From NCBI GenBank assembly GCA_037440825.1, contig JBBITJ010000022.1, positions 1-11,055 on the forward strand: DNA of 11,055 nt, read 5' to 3'. Shown one piece after another: positions 7,232-11,055 of the stretch. The notes beneath the pieces are model-generated. The model had not been told where the DNA came from and ran no database searches. It saw nothing but the letters and a program-made list of their open reading frames with translations. The translations under genes and the position numbers were made by a program. This stretch comes from Candidatus Micrarchaeota archaeon. GTDB lineage: Archaea; Micrarchaeota; Micrarchaeia; Anstonellales; Bilamarchaeaceae. Position 1 is the first letter of the stretch. The number at the start of each line of letters is the position of its first letter.

Positions 7232-7807
7232 CTAGATCAGCGTCCGCTCCAGCAGCGCCACCGCTATCACCGAGGGCAGTATCTCCTGCGGCTCCAGGTT
7301 TATCCAGTATACGTTCCAGCCGTTGACCCTGGCGGTCCACTGCGCGACCTGGCGGTACGCCTTGTTTATCTGGTTCTGCGGCGTGGCCCGCCACACCAGC
7401 TTGTAGTAGTAATCCACTATCTCCGCCATCATCGCCTTTCCCAGGCCGTTTCCCTGGTGCTCCTTGGCGACCACGAATTTGTCCAGGTACGGGATTCCGG
7501 CGATCTGCTTCATCACCGCGAGCCCCTCGTAATCCGGGTAATGGAATATCCCTATTATGTCGCCGTTGCCGAAATACCCGTCCACGAGCCGCTTCCCGAA
7601 CGCCTCCTCTATTATGGCCTTCATTCTTTCCTTGTCTGCGCCCTCCGCGTCCGCCTTGATTATCCGCTTGCCGTCCGCGTGCGCCGCGCCCATCAGCCCC
7701 TCGCCGAGGCATTTCTCGAATGCGAACCCGCCCCTCAGCACCTGCTCTGCCTTGGGCACGTATATCACGCCCTTCTTAGTGGCGGCATGGATCGCATTGG
7801 CCTGCAT
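7232..7807 (-). CDS. Stand-alone GNAT acetyltransferase resembling the NAT (DUF619) domain of vertebrate-like N-acetylglutamate synthase
   Basis: IEEAFGKRL..GYF, Y.GLAV, PYLDKFVV..EHQGNGLG (acetyl-CoA loop), LVWRATPQNQINKAY and W.VYW are colinear with vertebrate/Xanthomonas-type NAGS NAT-domain motifs. No amino-acid-kinase domain. Confidence 0.78.
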   Translation of the reverse strand: MQANAIHAATKKGVIYVPKAEQVLRGGFAFEKCLGEGLMGAAHADGKRIIKADAEGADKERMKAIIEEAFGKRLVDGYFGNGDIIGIFHYPDYEGLAVMKQIAGIPYLDKFVVAKEHQGNGLGKAMMAEIVDYYYKLVWRATPQNQINKAYRQVAQWTARVNGWNVYWINLEPQEILPSVIAVALLERTLI

Positions 7808-7830
7808 GATATTGTTGGAGCGGAAAACGC

Positions 7831-7838
7831 TATTTAAA
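7831..7838 (-). promoter_or_regulatory. Putative TATA box of the acetyltransferase gene
   Basis: TTTAAATA on the minus strand ends 23 nt before ATG 7807. Confidence 0.55.
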
Positions 7839-7889
7839 TTTGAAGCGCATTTGCATCAAAAATAGCAGATTTGTTTCAAATGGAATAAT

Positions 7890-7900
7890 AAGAAAAAATA
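7890..7900 (-). terminator. Oligo-T terminator after tRNA-Ser
   Basis: TATTTTTTCTT directly follows the discriminator base. Confidence 0.5.
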
Positions 7901-8000
7901 CGCCGAGGGCAGGATTTGAACCTGCAATCCCGTGAGGGATCAGTTTTCCCAGCTCGAGATTATTCGAGACTGACGCACTACCGGATTATGCGACCTCGGC
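7901..8000 (-). tRNA. tRNA-Ser (anticodon CGA) with a 17-nt intron at canonical position 37/38 (7962-7946)
   Basis: Acceptor GCCGAGG/CCTCGGC-G (G73). Anticodon stem TCAGT/ACTGA with loop CT-CGA-A[TAATCTCGAGCTGGGAA]A, long variable arm TCCC-TCAC-GGGA, T arm GCAGG-TTCAAAT-CCTGC. Confidence 0.92.
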
Positions 8001-8025
8001 ATGAGCATCGCGAATGCCGAGGGCC

Positions 8026-8047
8026 TTTTATCGAAGCGTCGATAAAA
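8026..8047. repeat. Perfect 9-bp inverted repeat TTTTATCGA-AGCG-TCGATAAAA in the divergent tRNA-Ser/tpiA spacer
   Basis: Read directly from the sequence; function unknown. Confidence 0.7.
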
Positions 8048-8076
8048 TGCGATCTCGACAAGTAGAGTTATTACTG

Positions 8077-8084
8077 TTTTATAT
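8077..8084 (+). promoter_or_regulatory. Putative TATA box of tpiA
   Basis: TTTTATAT ends 23 nt before ATG 8108. Confidence 0.55.
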
Positions 8085-8107
8085 TGCTTACTAACTTAAA
8101 TATTTTC

Positions 8108-8758
8108 ATGATAGTCCTGAACCTGAAAACGTACCCGGCGAGCCTTGAAAAGGCTCTGGATTTCGTCGAAATAGCCAAGGACGTCTCGAAAGAGACCGGG
8201 CTGCGCATCCCAGTTGCGGTGCCGTGCATCCACCTCAAGGACGCGGCCAAGCACCACAAGGACTCTTTCGCGCAACACGTGGATGACAGCAAACCCGGCG
8301 CGTTCACGGGCTCCATGCCCGCCGAGGCGCTCAAGGAAGCCAAGGCAGCGGGCTCCCTGCTCAACCATTCCGAAAAAAAGGTCCCGTTCGAGAGGATAAA
8401 GCTCGCAGTGGAAAGGATGAACGACCTCAAGCTGGAAACGATAATCTGCGCCGAAAGCCAGGAAGAGGTGCTCAAGATAGGGCGCCTGAACGCGAAATTC
8501 ATAGCGATAGAGCCCCCAGAGCTCATAGGCAGCGGCATCTCGGTCTCCAACGCCAAGCCCGAAGTGATACGGAACACCGTGGAGACGATAGCGACGATAA
8601 ACGGCGAGATGCAGGTGCTCTGCGGCGCAGGCATAGGGACGAAGGAGGACGTGAAAAAGAGCCTTGAGCTGGGCGCAAACGGAGTCCTGCTCGCCTCCGC
8701 ATTCGTGAATGCGAAGAGCCCCAAGGAGTTCCTGCGCTCGCTCGCATCCGCTTTCTAG
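8108..8758 (+). CDS. tpiA: Triosephosphate isomerase, archaeal type, 216 aa
   Basis: NLKTY, AQHVD, GAFTGS, LNHSE (catalytic His), AIEPPELIGSG (catalytic Glu), LCGAGI, GVLLAS. Start revised to ATG 8108. Confidence 0.97.
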   Translation: MIVLNLKTYPASLEKALDFVEIAKDVSKETGLRIPVAVPCIHLKDAAKHHKDSFAQHVDDSKPGAFTGSMPAEALKEAKAAGSLLNHSEKKVPFERIKLAVERMNDLKLETIICAESQEEVLKIGRLNAKFIAIEPPELIGSGISVSNAKPEVIRNTVETIATINGEMQVLCGAGIGTKEDVKKSLELGANGVLLASAFVNAKSPKEFLRSLASAF

Positions 8759-9903
8759 GGCTGCTTCCGGTTCTTGAGCACGGATTCGTAGAATGCGATC
8801 ATGTCCCTGGCGCATTCCGCCAATTCGTATTTCTTCACAGCCGCAACCGCGTTCTTCGAGAGCCGCTCCTTGTTCTCTATCGCAGCTATTATCTTCTCCG
8901 AGAAATCCCCTGCTTCGGAGAAATAGTACCCTGTCTCGCCGTCAGCCACGAACTCCGCCGGTGCGCTGTCCTTCGGAACCACGACCGGGGTGCCCGTTGC
9001 CATGGCCTCAAGCACCACGAGCCCCTGCGTGTCGAAGAAAGAAGGGAACGCGAACACGTCCGCCGCCTTGTACAGGGCGGGCAGCTCGGCGTCAGCCACG
9101 AATCCCGCGAACACGAAGCTGTCCGAAAGCCCGCGGCTTTTCACCATGTCCTTGTAATACTGTTCGGCAGGTCCCTTGCCTCCGATCACGAATTTGGCAT
9201 TCGGCATCTTGTTCACTACTTTCTGCGCAGCGTCTATGAGCAGGGCGAGGTTCTTCTCGACCACAAGCCTTCCGACGAAAAGCACCATCGGCCCCTCTAT
9301 GCCGTACTTCTTCCTCACGAATTCGCACTCCACCTTGGGATGGAAGTTCCTCAAATCCAGCCCTGCCGGCTTCACCACGATGTTCCTTATTCCCTGCTTC
9401 TCCAATATGGAGCTGGCGAAGTTGCTGGGCGCTATGACCTTGTCGAAATTCGAGTAGTACCAGCGCAGGTATTTCCAGGCCACCGACTCGAACAGTTTCT
9501 TCAAATCCTCCTTCTTGGTTATGTAGTGCATGCCTTCGGAAACCATGGTGTGGAACGAAGCTATCGCAGGCACGCCAATCCTCTTGGCCGACTGGAAAGC
9601 CGCTATCCCGGTTGTCGCTATTCCGTGCGAGTGCACTATGTCCGGCTTTATCTCCTTTATCATGTTCGTCGCAGATATGAAAGGGAAGAGCGCCACCCTG
9701 TAGTCCGGGTAGGGCTTGAATGCGGTGGAGCTGAAATAGTGCACGTGCTGGTCCTTGTTTTCGTCTTTCTGCTTCTTCGTGCCGGGAGCGAACACGTAGA
9801 CTTCGTGCCCCATCTCCTCGAACATGCGTTTGTAGTTTGTGATGTAGGTGACCACGCCGTCTGTGTTTGGCAGGTAAGTATCCGTAAAGAATGCGATTTT
9901 CAT
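8755..9903 (-). CDS. GT-B fold family 4 glycosyltransferase (resembles the lipid monoglycosyltransferase-like subgroup)
   Basis: MKIAFFTDTYLPNTDGV, DIVHSH, SFHT, FVGRLVVEKN, FAFPS..DTQGLVVLEAMATGTPVV. Stop overlaps the tpiA stop in CTAG. Confidence 0.9.
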   Translation of the reverse strand: MKIAFFTDTYLPNTDGVVTYITNYKRMFEEMGHEVYVFAPGTKKQKDENKDQHVHYFSSTAFKPYPDYRVALFPFISATNMIKEIKPDIVHSHGIATTGIAAFQSAKRIGVPAIASFHTMVSEGMHYITKKEDLKKLFESVAWKYLRWYYSNFDKVIAPSNFASSILEKQGIRNIVVKPAGLDLRNFHPKVECEFVRKKYGIEGPMVLFVGRLVVEKNLALLIDAAQKVVNKMPNAKFVIGGKGPAEQYYKDMVKSRGLSDSFVFAGFVADAELPALYKAADVFAFPSFFDTQGLVVLEAMATGTPVVVPKDSAPAEFVADGETGYYFSEAGDFSEKIIAAIENKERLSKNAVAAVKKYELAECARDMIAFYESVLKNRKQP

Positions 9904-9918
9904 TCAATTGCCTCGAAC

Positions 9919-10752
9919 CTAGTCCTTGAGCGCATCCATGAAATCCACTTCCGAAACCGAAGACGGTATTGTGTTGGACACGAATATGTAGTCGCTGAGC
10001 TGGCCCAGCCGCCTTAGCGAGTCCTTGAGGAAGAATCCGTGCGTAGCAGCAAGCGCTATCTTGCCCGCGCCGTTCTTCCTCAGGTTCTCTATCGCCTTCA
10101 CCATGGTCGAGCCCGTGGATATCATATCGTCTATTATCAGCATGTTCTTGCCCCCAACGTCGAAATTTATCTCCATTTTTTCTATATCTCTGTAAACTAT
10201 GTTTCCCTTCCCGTAGTCCCCGCGCACTTTCTTCATGGCCTTGCCTCCGCTCATGTAATTGGCACCTGCGTCCGGGCTTATTACCTCGAAATCATTTCCC
10301 AATCTCTTCCTCGCGTTCTCTATGAGCAGGTTGCTCAGGGTGATGTTCCGTATCTTCATACCTCCGTACTCGAATTCGCCTGCTTTCTTGAGGAAATGGC
10401 AGTCAAAAGTCGTGATGCGCGAGTAGCCCGCGTGCTTGAGCATGTCCATCACCACTTCCGCGCTCTTTACCTCACCTTCCAGCCAGGTCTTGTCCTGCCT
10501 GGAGTACGGGATGTAAGGCGCGACCAGTTCAACACTCCTTGCGCCCTTAATGGCCTTCGCAAGGAACACCGCCTGCATCAAAGAAGTATTTTGATTTGGG
10601 TAAAGCCTGTGGTAAACAACCACGTCTTTCCCTTCCAGCCGCCTGGCGTCAGGAACCCTTACGTAGCTGTCTCCGTCGGGAAACTCCTTCATTTCCACGT
10701 TCGGCGTGAGGATGTCGGAAAAATTAGGGGAAACTGCCCTTTCAGTTACCAT
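9919..10752 (-). CDS. prs: Ribose-phosphate pyrophosphokinase (PRPP synthetase), compact archaeal form, 277 aa
   Basis: FPDGD, PYIPYSRQDK, D-C-H, SPDAGA, IIDDMISTGSTM (PRPP-binding loop), ATHG, SNTIP. Start revised to ATG 10752 (TATA 20 nt upstream). Confidence 0.93.
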   Translation of the reverse strand: MVTERAVSPNFSDILTPNVEMKEFPDGDSYVRVPDARRLEGKDVVVYHRLYPNQNTSLMQAVFLAKAIKGARSVELVAPYIPYSRQDKTWLEGEVKSAEVVMDMLKHAGYSRITTFDCHFLKKAGEFEYGGMKIRNITLSNLLIENARKRLGNDFEVISPDAGANYMSGGKAMKKVRGDYGKGNIVYRDIEKMEINFDVGGKNMLIIDDMISTGSTMVKAIENLRKNGAGKIALAATHGFFLKDSLRRLGQLSDYIFVSNTIPSSVSEVDFMDALKD

Positions 10753-10772
10753 AAGAGCAATTCTCGCAAAAA

Positions 10773-10780
10773 TATTAAAA
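10773..10780 (-). promoter_or_regulatory. Putative TATA box of prs
   Basis: TTTTAATA on the minus strand ends 20 nt before ATG 10752. Confidence 0.5.
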
Positions 10781-10809
10781 GCGCAGCTTTCGCAGCGCAA
10801 TCCGCCGAT

Positions 10810-11022
10810 CTATGCGGTGGGAAGCTCGAACATGCTCTTGCTGTTCCTCTCCCCTTCGCCGCCGAGGTGGAGGATCTCTCCCTCTCCACTCCTCTTTATT
10901 TTGTCGCAGCGTTCCCCTACGCAGATATGCTCAGGCTCAGGCTTCTTCCCGCCAAGCTGGATCGGCTTAACTTCTTTGCATCCGCCTTTGCCGCACTCTT
11001 TCTTAACAGTCTTAGGATCCAC
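10810..11022 (-). CDS. 70-aa hypothetical protein with two C-x4-C motifs
   Basis: GTG start preceded by strong AAGGAGGGGTG RBS, TAG stop, K/E/G-rich. The frame is also open to the window edge, so a longer N-terminus cannot be excluded. Confidence 0.65.
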   Translation of the reverse strand: MDPKTVKKECGKGGCKEVKPIQLGGKKPEPEHICVGERCDKIKRSGEGEILHLGGEGERNSKSMFELPTA

Positions 11023-11055
11023 AGTTCCACCCCTCCTTGGTTTATTTGTGTTTTT

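Noticed and set aside
7946..7966. Alternative splicing of tRNA-Ser to a second anticodon (GGA or GGG from the intron's TGGGAA)
   Set aside because: No register gives both U33 and a 7-nt loop on the TCAGT/ACTGA stem.
9000..9035. Asp instead of Glu at the first position of the GT4 E-x7-E motif (DTQGLVVLE)
   Set aside because: Conservative change within known GT4 variation; not evidence of inactivation.
8071..10017. Alternative-frame and antisense ORFs over tpiA and the GT4 gene
   Set aside because: Overlap confidently identified genes almost entirely and show no recognisable features.
1..11055. CRISPR array, IS element or rRNA
   Set aside because: No regularly spaced repeats, transposase-like ORF or rRNA-like sequence; the window is almost fully explained by genes.

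Overview
Gene-dense archaeal chromosomal window. The archaeal call rests on archaeal-type ProRS, TpiA, PurM and Prs, TATA-box promoters, GGTGA ribosome-binding sites and an intron-containing tRNA; a DPANN/Micrarchaeota-like origin is only an impression. Gene order: partial hypothetical (+), tRNA-Gln(TTG) (-), proS (-), tandem DUF350-like membrane protein (-), purM (+), a puzzling ~450-bp segment with head-to-head coding signal, copA (-), a 42-aa microprotein with six consecutive cysteines that is absent from the ORF track (-), a PadR-HTH/TRASH regulator (-), a stand-alone vertebrate-like NAGS NAT (DUF619-type) acetyltransferase (-), intron-containing tRNA-Ser(CGA) (-), tpiA (+), GT4 glycosyltransferase (-), prs (-) and a small 2x(Cx4C) protein (-). 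The best candidate for an undescribed system is the metal-resistance operon: PadR-TRASH, then the hexa-Cys microprotein, then CopA, with a palindromic candidate operator next to its TATA box. No CRISPR array, transposase or integrase was seen. All family calls come from motif recognition by eye; no searches were run.
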